The position numbers and the translations under genes were made by a program. A DNA stretch of 63,399 nt, the filler included, from Perkinsus chesapeaki ATCC PRA-425 (Eukaryota > Protista > Perkinsozoa), in the NCBI GenBank assembly GCA_013115145.1. It is 12 parts of 12 records of this genome, joined end to end, with 100 filler letters (N's around TTAATTAATTAA, not from the genome) between each part and the next. Parts side by side here need not be neighbours in the genome. Positions count along the whole stretch, not along the records: positions 25,475 to 30,804 come from JAAPAO010001169.1; positions 30,905 to 40,474 come from JAAPAO010000932.1; 10 more parts are not named here. The stretch is one strand, 5' to 3'. Below the pieces are notes generated by a model, which ran no database searches, was not told the DNA's origin, and saw only the letters and a list, made by a program, of their open reading frames with translations. The first letter of the stretch is position 1; each line of letters begins with the position of its first letter. This document shows, one piece after another, positions 25,475-38,480 of this stretch.

Positions 25475-27200
25475 ATACCTGCCAATGGTGTTAGATACCG
25501 GTATCTGCCACCTAAAGGTGGCCCTGCAGCTGCGTTATGGGAGAGACTCTGCGATGCCAAAGGAGATCCAAAAGGATCTACGTAAGGAAAGGTCTACGTT
25601 AGGCTCACTACGAAAAGTGGTCAGAGAAGCTGCGAAGGTACTGCGAGCCATAGAAGATTCACAGGACGATGCTCGTACGTTCTCTCCTAATTCCTACTCA
25701 CCTGAGCCATTCACAACTACCAATCAGCTTGACACCGTTAACTCTGTTAGAACACAAAACACTTCTCCGGTTCTAATGGTGATACTGCCGCTGATCTAAG
25801 CGAGCTGGTGTTGGCCCTGAAACAACGAAATGATATACTGAATGTGAATTACGTTGGAAAGAGGAAAGGCTACTCTATGAGCTACGGTAATTATAATGGT
25901 TCGTTATCAACTATGGTGGCAAAGGAGGGTCGATTTTCTAGCTACAGCAAGGGAAAAGGTAGACGTGCTTACAACGGTTATGCAAATAAGGCTATGATAT
26001 GTGATTATTGTGCTATTCCTGGTCTACCATCGTTAGCGAGAAATCGGCAAGCGGATGCGCGATGAAATGGCTAATTATCAGTTTAATTCGAGGCCCACTA
26101 CTCCTGCTACGGAAGCCAACACTTCCACCAAACGTCCAAGGCCAACCTATTCAAAATGGTCCCTGAACTTTCCCCATGTATACCATTATGTCTCCAGCCA
26201 CTACCTCTCCGGGAAACGACAGCAGGGTGGGAGATGGAAGCCTCTTGGCCCAGATGCAGTAAATCATGGATTTAAAAATGGTTTACGTGTGACAGTAAAT
26301 GGAAAAATGTACCATATGCATTATTTGTAGATACAGCTTCAGAATACTCTATTATTGGATCTTTATTCGTCGAGCAGTTGAAGGCTCATACTAATGTTAA
26401 TATAACGCATTCCCCTATAGATTTAGGAGATGTACGGCAAATGGTGATAAACTCCACTACATTGGTTCTACTAATCTTCGACTAGAGGTCTAGCAGGTCT
26501 ATCTATACAACATAATTTTATAACCGTAGATGGTTTATTGAAGATATTATTGCTGTCCGAGGTCTACAACGCTCCCTATCTATGATGATTGATCCATCTC
26601 GAATTCATCCGGTGATATATTTAAAATAAATAGAAATATAAATATGCAGCATATAAGCATATTATATGCTTATGGTGAGGCATATTATAAGCTTATTCTA
26701 CTGCTACACCCACAGTAAAATTGTGGCATCTATAATGGAAAGTGGTCGGGTGAAGGCGCTACCGAGTTCAACCAGAAGTCACACTGAACTATTGAGAAGA
26801 GAACATGCAGTTATAAAGGAACTCGTGAATGGTTTATCATATGAATAGACTATAAAACATATAGAAGGATCCACTAATCCGAGCGACAGACTAACCCGGC
26901 ACCCCCACCTGGATTATATAATCAACAATTTTGAAAAAGAATTGCGACCATGATACCACCCTCCCTATCCTCCCGGACCCGCATGGCTACCTCCTGAACT
27001 TGGCATTGGTACCTAAATCCCAACTGACCCCGCCTGGCCCTCCCAGAGACGCTGTTATGATTGTGAGGCCCATCACCAGGTATCTGAAATAAATAAAGAA
27101 GCTATTGATATACTCAAGGAGCAGATGAGTGCGGTGGATATTAAATTAGCTCAAGGACAAGCCCACAATCTACCCAGTACTAAGGATTATGAATCCTAAG
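25475..27200 (+). mobile_element. Degenerate, internally deleted Ty3/gypsy-like LTR element (gag, protease, RNase H end)
   Basis: CDYCAIPG (knuckle remnant, ~26000), ALFVDTASEYS (aspartic protease, ~26320), IKHIEGSTNPSDRLTR (RNase H end, ~26870); no RT seen between them. Confidence 0.55.
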
Positions 27201-27668
27201 TCTGCGACGGCTGATAATATCTACAAGCGTAGACAACTGACAACTACAACAAAGAAAGCCGGATTTGCTCGTTTAATGTTTGGTAAGTCTACCTTATGTG
27301 ATTAATGTCATTTAAGTTCAACCGAGTTGGTTTGACTGATGCTAACCCGTTGTACTGTGTATCCCGACATTAAAGTTATTTGAATCTGATTAGTTAGATC
27401 TCGGGTACACGTACAATGGCCACACACGAATAGCCCGACATTGGCAAACCTGAGGCATTGGACCTGGCGTCCGGGCTTCAGGTTTGGCCTTCTCCCATAC
27501 TCCCGCGAAACCCAAGCGAAATACAGACAAGTTCCCAGCTTGCCTCAACGGCAAGCTAATCTGAGTCGCTCAAGAGACCCCCAAGCCCGAATTGAACCCG
27601 GAAATCTTCTATCACTTGCCTAGAGTCCATCACCCGCAGCACAGTTGGCGAACGCGGAGTAGATGAGA

Positions 27669-27746
27669 AAAGTGGCAGCGAAAGTAATAAAGTGGCGATC
27701 GGAGAAAAAAGTGGCGCGGCGAGAAAAAAGTGGCGGGAGAAAAGTA
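27669..27746 (+). repeat. AAAGTGGC motif array with 19-20 bp spacing
   Basis: Motif at 27669, 27689, 27708 and 27727, plus partial AAAGTA copies. Confidence 0.75.
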
Positions 27747-27982
27747 TGTTGCAACTCGGCAATATCTTGCTAACTTGTCTCGTCTTTCAAATACCCTTAC
27801 AATAGCTATAGTAGAGATTTTTGATTTGATCATTTGTCTCTGATCTACAGCAGTATCCGTCAGCAGTCTAACGGTACCTTACGTTCTATAAGTTACCTCA
27901 TAATCTCTGAGATTACAACAATCATCCGAGGATCGAAGATAACTACTGAAGATGCCGAAGACGAAGAAGACCGCCATTTAAG

Positions 27983-30804
27983 ATGCCCCTGATCCCTCCG
28001 GGAGCACAGAAGGAAGCAGAAGATTCCGACCACAATCCTCCTACGACTCCGATCAACATGAGAGAGTATCGGAAGGAACCTCGGGAGGAGCTGAAAGCCA
28101 GCGGACACTCGGTGTGGAAACCTACCGAGGGTGGCACATCATTCGCTGAACATTTGGTTTCTATGGAACGTTTAATGCATATGATTGGTATCAGTATGTC
28201 ATCTCCGGCTGCCTACTTTTTGCTGTTGTATTCTGTTGATAGTAGCGTTCGTGATGGGCTCCCGCCGTGTGATCTAACACCGGGATCACCAGGGGAACTT
28301 TATGAGTGTCTTAAGGCGGAGTTGAAACAGCACCATTCCGATCCTACTGATGTATTAGCCCTTCGACATTCCTTCAACACCCTAGTTCAGGGCACCTCTG
28401 TGAGCCTTACTGAGCATTTGAGTATTATAGATGATCTGGTGAATCGACTGCGGTTACAAGGGGATGTTGTTTCGGATGAAAATATTTTTGACTGCATATG
28501 TAGTAGCGTAAGAGACCCCTATGAGCCCTGATTGGGCTCTTGCCTACCGGCTCGACGGAGTATCACTTAATGAAGCTCGGCTGCGGATGACAGGTAGAGC
28601 GAAGCATCATGAACGGCGGCCTCCTACCCAGCTGTTCCGACAATTTCCTTTAGAAGAAACTGCGGCAGCCGCCGCCACGACTACCGCTACAGAGGAGAGA
28701 CTGGTGCTCGACTACGGCCGGCTAGCTCGGGAGGGACGCTACTTTCGCTGTCTCGAACGGAACCACAGCGCCGTACGGTGCACAAAAGGACTGCCGGCGT
28801 TTCTGTCAAGAAGATGCCTTTGTTGCGGCCGAACAGGCCATCAGCGAAGTGACTGCAGACTTCTTATCGGTAAGAAAACGGTGTGCGGTAGATGTGGCCA
28901 GCAAGGCCATACTCCTGCGGTGTGTCGTTCTCCACCAAAGGAGTCCAAAGAGGGCGACGGTAAGACCGGTGGCAAAACAACAACTGAAGAAACAGGAGCT
29001 GCTACCACAGTGGTGGTACAAGGAGCACAGAGTGCGAAGGGTAACTATTCAGAAGAAAAGAATAACCACAGATCAGATGACTCCGAGAATGAAGATTGTA
29101 CGAAGCCGTCTAATACCAGCTGGTTGCACATGGTGTTAGATGACCCTTGTGAAGCTGCACTGACTGATCCGACCACATGTCATGGAACTTCGTTATATAC
29201 AGATGAACTTTCAGACCCCACCCCATTGATTACTGACATTAAGTTATTGCCCGAGGACTGCCAAGACAGTGGTCACAGCAGCAAGGCGCTCGTAGACACC
29301 GGAGCTGGCAGGAGTTTCATTCGTTCGAGTACTTTGAGCTCATTACCAGAATCTCTGATTGTGGAGCGGCGTGATGTGCAGGTCTCGGTTATGGTCGCTT
29401 ATAAAGAGAAGTTTATTTGTTCTAAGGCGGTGTTATTGAATGTTGATACTCCGCAGTTGACGAAACCAATATGGTTTCTGATTGTGAAAGACCTGTCATT
29501 TCCTCTGATTCTCGGACTTGATGCTATAAGACGACTTCGGCTGTTGATCTATGCGTCCCCGGAAGCCGTACTCCTGGAAGCCGGAGTGAACGAGCATGTT
29601 GTACGCCAGTGCGCGGGCAACGGTAAGCAGCATGCCGTCCATGCTGAAGCTAACAGGAGCCATTTTCACTGTTATCCGGGTGACGTTGTGTTATCGAATG
29701 AAGTCGCAGATGATGAGTCAAGTTCTGAGAAATATGAAGTAGATTCTAATCTAGTTATGCAGGGAGCCGTAGAGGAAAGGACTCCCTCTTTTGATGAAGC
29801 TTACTGGTCTAATTTTGGTCATCATCAGGACGAAGAAAGAGCTCTTAATTTCCACTCATCGCGCGTCCCGTTGAATGGTGTATCCGCCGAGTGCTCATCG
29901 AAGTTTTGCTCGAGCGAGAAGGATTCCTTATTCATAGGATATACTAGGGACGATAATCATGTCAATGAGGATGACAGTACTAGTTCGGTTCAAAGATTCA
30001 CGTATAGGGTTCCGTGGGTTAGAAGGCTTCCCAAACCTTCGATTCGTGAGATTGGGAAGGCAATTGATCGTGATGACGCTCGAAGGAATCGTCTCGAGAA
30101 GTCTGGCCAACTGGTATCTTATGCGCAAGTCTTTGACACTTATATCGATAAGAGAATTCTTGTGGAAGTTGATGAGACCGATTATTCTAAGGTGACGGGC
30201 ATACTGAACCATTTTCCTGTTGCAAGAGACAGTAGCCCCACTACCCCAGTACGACCGGTACTGAATGGTTCAATATATCGTGGTGTTGTTGGTACTGGTT
30301 TCAAGAATAAGAAACAAGAAGATGCAGTAGTTCGTAGTACTGTTCCACAATTGTTGCGCTTTCGATCTTTTCCTCACGTATCAATTTCTCCATTGCGAAG
30401 CAATGGAGAAATTGGAGGAGAGACACCCTGAGATTCCAGCAAGTGAGTTATCCCAATGTGTCTCTCATAGTGCTTACATGGGCGACATAGTGATCGGCGC
30501 TATGAGTGCTGAACTGTTGGAGGATGCTACAGAGTGCATGCTAAGTGTTTGTGCCCAGCACGGCTTTAATTGTCCGACTGTCAAGCGATGCATCGGTGCT
30601 CCTTCTCAGGGCTCGCCGCCTCAGAAAGTGCTGGGGATGCTCTGGATGCCAGGGGATCAGCTGAAGAATACTTCAGGACCAGATCTTCCGCCACCAGTTC
30701 TGATGAGAGACTCAAATGCAGGTCATGGTACTGAAAGAGCAGCCACAACTTGTCGAGACCTTATGAGTATTATTGCTAAGATGTATGATCCCTGTGGAAT
30801 AAAT
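27983..30804 (+). mobile_element. BEL/Pao LTR retrotransposon gag-pol, defective and truncated by the gap
   Basis: Gag ORF, three CCHC-type knuckles (e.g. CLCCGRTGHQRSDC, CGRCGQQGHTPAVC), protease ALVDTGAGRSF, RT start HFPV..PVRPVLNGS, YMGD, KVLGMLW, and the Pao motif RDLMSIIAKMYDPCG; three ORFs, each offset by +1. Confidence 0.9.
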
Positions 30805-30904
30805 NNNNNNNNNNNNNNNNNNNNNNNNNNNNNNNNNNNNNNNNNNNNTTAATTAATTAANNNNNNNNNNNNNNNNNNNNNNNNNNNNNNNNNNNNNNNN
30901 NNNN

Positions 30905-31766
30905 GAACTTCAGACGCGTTATGCGGTTGGCCTCCCCCGCTGTCACCACATTCAGCAGGCCTTCAACATCCACGCATCATCCAAATAAGGTGGGTACGGG
31001 GTCTACCTGGGCCGCCTCCTGTAAGTCGAGGGTCTCGCAAGCAAACAGCGGACCAAAGACATCCCACTTCTCGTCAACAGCCTGCCTTAGTCCACCGTCC
31101 GGGAATGATATGCCCTCTCGCCTAAGGATCTGACAGAGCTCTGAAGCTGCTACTCTACCGAGCCCTAGATGACCAAGCCTAAGTAAATCTCGTGCTGATT
31201 CTTGACTAAGCACAACCTTAGGCTTTTTGGGAGCCGTCATGGTCATTTCTTGGCTGACCGCACTTGTTGCAGATGTCTTTCTGCGGGGACTGTTCCAGCG
31301 GTCTACCAACTGAGGGCTTGAAAGACTTGGACCGCTCAACGGCAATGGACTTCCGGCTACAAGCAATAGTACACACCCGGCAGCGATCATCGGCCGAGCA
31401 TATATCCTTCGATCTAGTACGTAGTGGATCGGAGGTATTCACTGGAGCTTGGACAAAGAACCGCTTTTGCTCTCTCCATTCGTTCACATCCAGCTTTCCG
31501 AGTGCTAAACCACTAAGACGAACCTGGCAGGACGGGCACAGGACCTTCGGGACCCGTAAATTAGCCAGCTCGCTTATGAAGTCGATGTCATAGAACTCTA
31601 CAGCTCGCTCGCAGGTAGTTTTGCCTGGCGGACTGGTTCTCGCCTTCCCCGCTGTAGGAGGAATCCGACCGTAACAAAAACGGCAAACACAATATAGCTT
31701 TGCGACGTGATGCGCGTCACAAGCTGCAGACACCTCAGGTGGGATGGCTAGAGGGAACTGGGACAT
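30905..31766 (-). mobile_element. Chapaev-like (CMC superfamily) DNA transposase N-terminal half, inactivated
   Basis: H-X7-C-X2-C-X41-P-X2-L-C-X2-C (HVAKLYCVCRFC...PKVLCPSC), then CRVC, GRP and ICNKC..H motifs. There is a +1 frameshift near 31225 and an in-frame TGA at 30977-30979; the frame runs on into the gap. Confidence 0.62.
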
Positions 31767-33289
31767 TGGAGAGTATAACTGGTTATTGGAGGTCTGATTG
31801 ATATTTCATTCCTCTTTCGGTCTTTCACAGAGCGAGTATTCACTAGCCTGATCATGGAAAGGGGGCGGTCGCAGGTGGTGATTGGTTCAATCAATCCCAG
31901 ATTGGTGCAAGCTAGATGGCTGAATATAGTCAGGATATTGCGTTTTCTGGCATATTTCGTCGTTGTTCATCAATGTTTTAGTGCTGGTGCTTCTTCGTGA
32001 GCTGCCGGTGTACGTGTGTTCGGGTTTCGGCACTGTACTCGTTCATTGATACAGCTTTTAGCGCACAGGCACGTAGTAAAAAGCGAGCAGAATTTTGGGC
32101 GAGCGAAATTTCTTGTAAAAAAACGTTTGAAACGGCGTGACATATATATTTTGAATCCCCGTAATTTTCTCTATCAGGTAGTATAGTTAGTTTTTTGTAA
32201 GAATTTTTCTCACTTCAGCCCCACCAAAACATACCCGTGCCTCATAAAGAGCAGCGTAGAAGATATTCGACAAGTTGGCAAGTACAAGAAAATTGCCACC
32301 AAAAAAGATTCTGAGCTTCATATTTTGAAACCTTATTAGTAGATAGTGTCCGTGAATGACGGACAATGGGTTTATCAATTAAATAACGAAGATCGAATAG
32401 CTACTGAATACTCCATATCAAACCGTGAAAACCAACCCTAGTAGCTTCACCTCGACCCACTCAATGTCGGGTTTCGGGCTGGCTTTTTTCGGGTTTTTCT
32501 CCGAGCAGACTCGAAATTTGTCAGTGGAAATGACTAGAGCCGACTTAACAACGCAGAAGTGGCTTACACCGAAGACCTTCATCTAATGATGGGACTAATT
32601 AGTTCCTCAACCGTCATAATATCATCATGCCAGTTGCGTCGCTCCGCTTGATAGCCCTTTTGCTCATACATTCTATTGGAAACCTGAGAGAGAGCTAATT
32701 TAGGAGCATCACCGACCAACAGTTAGTAGTAGCCGACACTTCATGTTACATCTCGTGCCTCTTCCTTCGAGTCTGCATAAATCCCCAGTCGCTGTCTCAG
32801 TCTGTCAATGGTACACGAAGATGCATGACGTTCTCTGTCCAGTTCTTGCCGGCTTGCACGCAATGCTGTCGTTAGTCTAGTTACCCTGAAGTTAGTAGAG
32901 CTGATGATGAGCTGGAAACCCGCACGGATTTTCCTCTTAGAAACCCCTAGAGCTTTCCATACCTTTCAGAAATCATTTTAGCGAACAAAGACCTTACTTA
33001 AGCAGTAGGGTTGGAATACTGAGTACCAAAACTGCTCACTTACTGAGCAGTTTTGCTACTTAATCAGGTAAGTAAGACTAGTTAGGTAATAAGAACATCA
33101 ATTATGGGTTGTACTTTCAATTACACAAGAAATCACCGTAGCGCTGACCGCACACTGCACAATGGCATAGTGCCACAATGGCATAGCCATCCCCCACTGA
33201 GGCTACCCCGGCATCCTTTCTCACAAGGGCGAATGAGCGCTGAATGTACTGCCATTCACGCAACTTGAACTGGGCTTATATATCACGTG

Positions 33290-33991
33290 TCACTCATCAT
33301 GATGCTCATATGCGGGGACGAGATGCGAGCCAAAAAGTAGCGGAAGGAAATGAACAACTATCTGGTTCTCAGTACTACTGAGACTAGTAGGAATTTTCCA
33401 GAAGCTCCTCAGAAGCCTCAGGAGCTCAGGAGCACAGGAGCTGAGAGCTCCGAGCTGTTCCTGCGCAACCCCCCTACTTGATCTTAAGATCTTCAACGTC
33501 CTGTGTCAGCGCCTCTGCAGTGGCCAGAGAAGCTCTCTTCTCCGAAAGGTCCCTCAGGCGCTGATCTAGGGTCTTCGAGCCACTTCCAGCGGACGCTAGT
33601 CTGCGTTGGTACTCTGTCTCCAGCTCAGCCTGAGAATGCAGTGTGCATAAGCAACTCATTAACCTGGTTTCAACAAGAACCGATGGTTAGTGACATCAGA
33701 TATTCAGGTAGATAACACGTTCAAGGAAGCTCTGCATTCGAGCATCGAGCTCTGATGATATTCACTCGTCACTTATCAAATATCAATAAGTACAGATCAC
33801 CGAGTAACCTTGCGTTACCAGTCTCCTATTCAATTCCTTATTGTGTGTCTTCTCATCCCGCAGTTTATCCTCAAGCCCTTCCACCTTCTCTTGCTCAGCC
33901 CCTATTTGTGCTCGAAGTACACTCATCTCGCCTTCTCTTGCTTCTGATGATCCTCTCACTTTATTCAACCTGGAATCCGAGCCCATATCCC

Positions 33992-34038
<47 letters not shown>

Positions 34039-35900
34039 CGACAACAACGACAACAACGACAACAACGACAACGACAACAACAACAACAACAACAACAACT
34101 CGAGCACCTATTGCTCAACTGAGCACGGAGAACTTTAATGTGGTAGTCTGAGATAGGCGCTCAAAGACGAACAACAAATACTAACTGTTATCGAGGTAAA
34201 ACGACCTTCGAAAAAATTCAACAGAATGCAACCACGGAATAGTTAACCGACAAGCTCGTCGGCTGAAATAATTCCGCTCAGGAGTAAGCGAATCAAAAGC
34301 CCTTCAGCCTCATATCAAAGCAAATGTCGACAAATTCGGGTCCCTTATATGCTCCCAACTAAGAGCATGTCCTCACCTAGCTCTCAGTTTGGAGTTCTCC
34401 CCTTTCAAGCTCGCCATTCTATCTTCAATTTCTTCAACTTCCTCCTTGTGCTTCGCCTCCATCTTCTGTATCCTGGCCCGCAGTACTGCAATTGTGTTAT
34501 CCGAATTCTTTCGTACACCGCGAATATCGGCACTGTACTTCTGAGAACGTGATCACAACGGCAGCATATCAGCTGGCTCATCCAACTGTTCTGCAGAATT
34601 TCATCGCGATCCTAAGATTTCTCTTCATTCGAGCTACAGTAAAGTAGATCAGCATAGAATATCCTATTCTTCGATTTTGAAAAACTGGTCTCCATTCAAA
34701 CTGGTTTTAAAACCCAGCACAATTCTAAAGAATTAAAGCACGATCTTCGGAATTTTCCGAGTCTTTTCCAGAGGAACTTAACTTACTTCAGCAGCCCTCT
34801 TCTCCGCTCCCTTTCGCTCCTCCTCCACCAAACCCATCAAATCGCCCACACGACCTTCAAGCTTCTTCAAATCGTCTCTCGAACTCGACAAGGCAGCCTC
34901 AAGCATCTGAGCTACTACCCTGCGAATTAGACCCGCCATCCCCCAATACTGTCTCGACGCCAAACACAGTACCGAGGAGTTCGCGCTCCGAATACTAACA
35001 GGTGATCAGTGATAGCTCGCTGCCACTTCCAGCGATTCTAGCGTCAAGTTGAACGCGACGGAACGCCCGACTGCATCGCGTGGTTCGATTTGATTCAAGT
35101 CCCGGAAATGCCGACATTGACGGTGAGCTATGTCCCCGCAGTTTCACAAAGCGGTCTCTCGGATAAGATATTTCCTTAACCCTTAATCCAATAATTGATA
35201 CCTTACACGCTTGAGTGCATAGAGTTGTTCAACTTACCACTTGAATGATCAGTTCCGGAAAGGCTGACATTGATTCACAAAGTGAGTTTCCTTATCACAT
35301 AATCCAATAATTAATACCTTAATCGTTCTATCTTTCTCCTTCAACTCCCTCTCCGCTGTCTCGACTGCTGCCAGACTCGTTCGATGCTCCATCTCTTCCC
35401 TAAAGTAGTTCAAAATAACACAGAACACGATCGTAAAGTCTGTAAAGCGCCGAGGACCCCAACTGAAGGCAGCGGTGGAAAAATGATATTATTAGTTGAT
35501 CGCCATTCTCATCCAGGACCAGAGCCAGCAACTTCGACCATCGAGCAACCATTTCTTAGTAGTTCCCGAAGACGCCCACAGAAGAACATCACCCAGGCCT
35601 ACGACAAGATGCTCCGCTCCTTCTGCAGCTCCTCCCTCAACCGAGCAATTGTTTCCTTTGAGGCTGTCAAATCGTCTCCCAACTGTTCCCTATCCTCAAC
35701 AAGCGCTTGAACCTATTCATGTTTCATTAACCCAATTCCCCAGATTGCCCTACGTACCTCAGACTGCAGCTGAGATTCCCGATCCTCTACCTCTGATAAC
35801 TGACGCTGTAATCGAGCTAATTCCGCCAGCATCCCTTCCTGCCGTTCCTACAATGCCAATTACACCAGATGAAAACGACACTGGGGCCTATCCCGGACTA
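33290..35900 (-). CDS. Multi-exon long coiled-coil protein of unknown family
   Basis: Successive heptad-rich E/K/R/L exons (ERQEGMLAELARLQRQLSEVEDRE; LEAALSSSRDDLKKLEGRV; EQEKVEGLEDKLRDEK; AELETEYQRRL) flanked by GT/AG sites; full exon structure not resolved. Confidence 0.5.
33991..34099 (+). repeat. (CAA)n/(CGA) microsatellite, probably intronic
   Basis: About 36 triplets lying just before an acceptor-like ..ttccag on the minus-strand coiled-coil gene. Confidence 0.95.
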
Positions 35901-36879
35901 CGATCAGTAATGGTACTTACTAATAGTCCTTCATGAGGAGCAATATTATAAGTAAACAAAGGCCCCGAGAGATTTCTAACACACAGAGCTCCCCATCTAT
36001 AATGTGAAGCCCTTTACTACGATTAAGAGTCAATTGAATAATCGATCGTGTAGAGCAATAGTCATGAAACGGCTGATCGATTTACTGTCATGTTTTCGAT
36101 TCTCGTTGTAGTACTCATGTTTTAAATTTCGCTTGATAATACTCAATATTGAGTGACTAGCAATAATATATCATTATCAACATTTAGTTAATGTTAATTA
36201 ATAGGGCTTGTTGAACGTATCCCAATGGCTGCCATCGTGAGACATGGGAAGCACCTATTTCCCCGTGTGCTGTATCAATATTGAGTGAGAAATCGAAAAA
36301 ATACGAAATATTCTATTTCATTGCGTCGGGCTGTACAGCATGCTTGCATTATATGGCTTAACATCACGGACATGCTATGTGCAGCAGCTGCTGCTGTGTA
36401 TAAAGCACCTTATGAAGGAATCAGAAGGGAACTCGTTATGGGTGTTGAGAAAATTGCTCGCCAAGTTTGCGCATTTCTAGATGACGCGTACTGTACAATG
36501 AAGTGCATTGGTACCGACTACAAAGTGCTTTGACAGGTATAATGAGGACGATTGTCGAGAAGACGCTCCTGAGGAGTGTCGTCACAGAGAGGAGTGACGC
36601 CTCTCAGAGAGGAAGGGTTTTAAAGTGCTTGTGATGTGGAGTGTGATCGATTGATAGAGGCTCCCTCGAACCATCGATAAGCTGCTGTTGAAAAGCTCTG
36701 ACAAAGTAGCCAGTAGTGACTATTAACAACGACACTTCACAAAAGTGTTCTCAGAACACACAATTCTCGACAATTGTTACGTTCTCGAAGTCATTGAAAA
36801 ATCGGATTATGCGAAATTTGCCACCGAACTCTTTTTCCGGCGACCATACTCGCACACCCCCACAGTCCAACTACCTCCG

Positions 36880-37130
36880 ATACTCTCGCCTGGTCGCCTG
36901 CCAATCGCAAAGCATTTATTTCCCTTCTAAGCCCGTCAATCTCAGCATCCTTCGCCGCCAACTTCTGCTGAAGGTCCTACGAAACCGTAAGATTCAAAAT
37001 GGGTTAATACGATACCATCTGAAGATGCCTCAAATCCTCATCAGCCTGTCGCCTGAGCTCCTGGAACGCTCGCTCAGCCTGCGCTTTTAGTTGCTCGATC
37101 TCACGCTTGGGAATTCTTCTAGCCGTCAGA
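36880..37130 (-). CDS. Further coiled-coil exons, possibly the 5' part of the 33-36 kb gene
   Basis: REIEQLKAQAERAFQELRRQADEDLRHLQM and DLQQKLAAKDAEIDGLRREINALR, each ending at a GT donor. Confidence 0.4.
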
Positions 37131-37689
37131 TTGCAACAAGATCTTAATTTTACAAGTGCTTAGAAGATCACCGATGAGAACGTATGTGCATTCGAATTCT
37201 CATTCCGATCTCCCAGAGATGAACTTTCACTCAGTCTGAACATATCCAAGGCCAGAGGATTCTACAAACCTACAAGATCTCCGATGACAACATATCGCGT
37301 CCTGCATAGCAGCCGCATTCATATTGAACTTCGCCACTCCATCCCCTTTCGATCTAGTGACCTAGGGATAACCTTGTCCAAATATATCCAAGCCATCGAC
37401 CCCCCCATTTCCCATTGCCCCCCCCATCACTGGTGACTACAACTCAACAACTACTCATCATGAACCTCACGCGTCACCAGCAAGAACACTTCTTGAATAC
37501 GTTCGTCTGCTCACTTCATTGTCATCGTAACTTCTCATCCTGTTACCCAAAGTATTGTTGTATTTTCTTTAATCCCTAGTTTCGTAGACTAACAAGGGAC
37601 TGTCTCTCGTCGACCTGCCATTAGCCTGGCTCATCTACCTACCAGTGTCCGGTCAGCTACTGAGAGCTTCTCCTAGGTACTTTATACAG

Positions 37690-38480
37690 CTACCGTATAG
37701 CTACTATATCATACGTATTCACCCAAAACGGGCTGTAAAGTATACCAAGTTGAGCAATTGAGTTGCTACTATAAGACAATGACATGCTCATTGATGAGTT
37801 TGCCGCACTATTGGTTACGCCGTAATAAGGTCGGCCTACGGGGCTGTTAATCGTCACAAATATATTCCACATTTCTGGAACGTAAGCATTAAGCATACCC
37901 TTCCCAAACATCGGAACATCTTTTCCCCTTTCGACAAGTACTGCTGACAAATACAATTCCGCCAAATTTTCACTTCTACACCTGTCAGCCCCAGACAGTT
38001 CCCGCAGAAATCTATAAGTATAAAGATGTATAAAATGCGAATATATAGATGTACCAAGTAGCATTAGTGATACACCCAGTAAGCCCAGTGCAGGATTTGC
38101 ATTCCAAGGAGAGCTTGGTGAGTCTGCAAAGCAATCTGTGAGCAATAATGTACTACTATGCCTATTCGCACAAGTTTTTGAAGCCCACGTCCTACTAACG
38201 GTGTCGGAGAACGAGGCTCAGATATCTGTGCATGGGCGGCGATACTGGAAAGCACTGTGTAAAGTGTGCTGTTCTATCTCAGCGATGGTGATCCTGGTGG
38301 AAATGGTAGAACATAAACCAGATACCCACAGAGTAAACACATATTGAAGATGAAGTGTGCTGATTAAAGATATTAAATATATAGATGTATTCAAGAAGTG
38401 CCCATAGTAAACATATAGTGTAATGGATGTGGTGAATACAATGTGAAATATTCCCCAACAGGAATTGTATAATGCCAAAT
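37690..38480 (-). CDS. Possible multi-pass membrane protein fragments
   Basis: Two ORFs with long hydrophobic stretches (IFHIVFTTSITLYVYY..; ALGLLGVSLMLLGTSIY); no family motif recognised. Confidence 0.25.

Noticed and set aside
33755-34138. Poly-Q, poly-N and poly-C ORFs
   Set aside because: Translations of the (CAA)n microsatellite, which appears to lie in an intron of the minus-strand coiled-coil gene.
36285-36533. QVCAFLDD as an RT active site
   Set aside because: Single short motif without flanking RT blocks.
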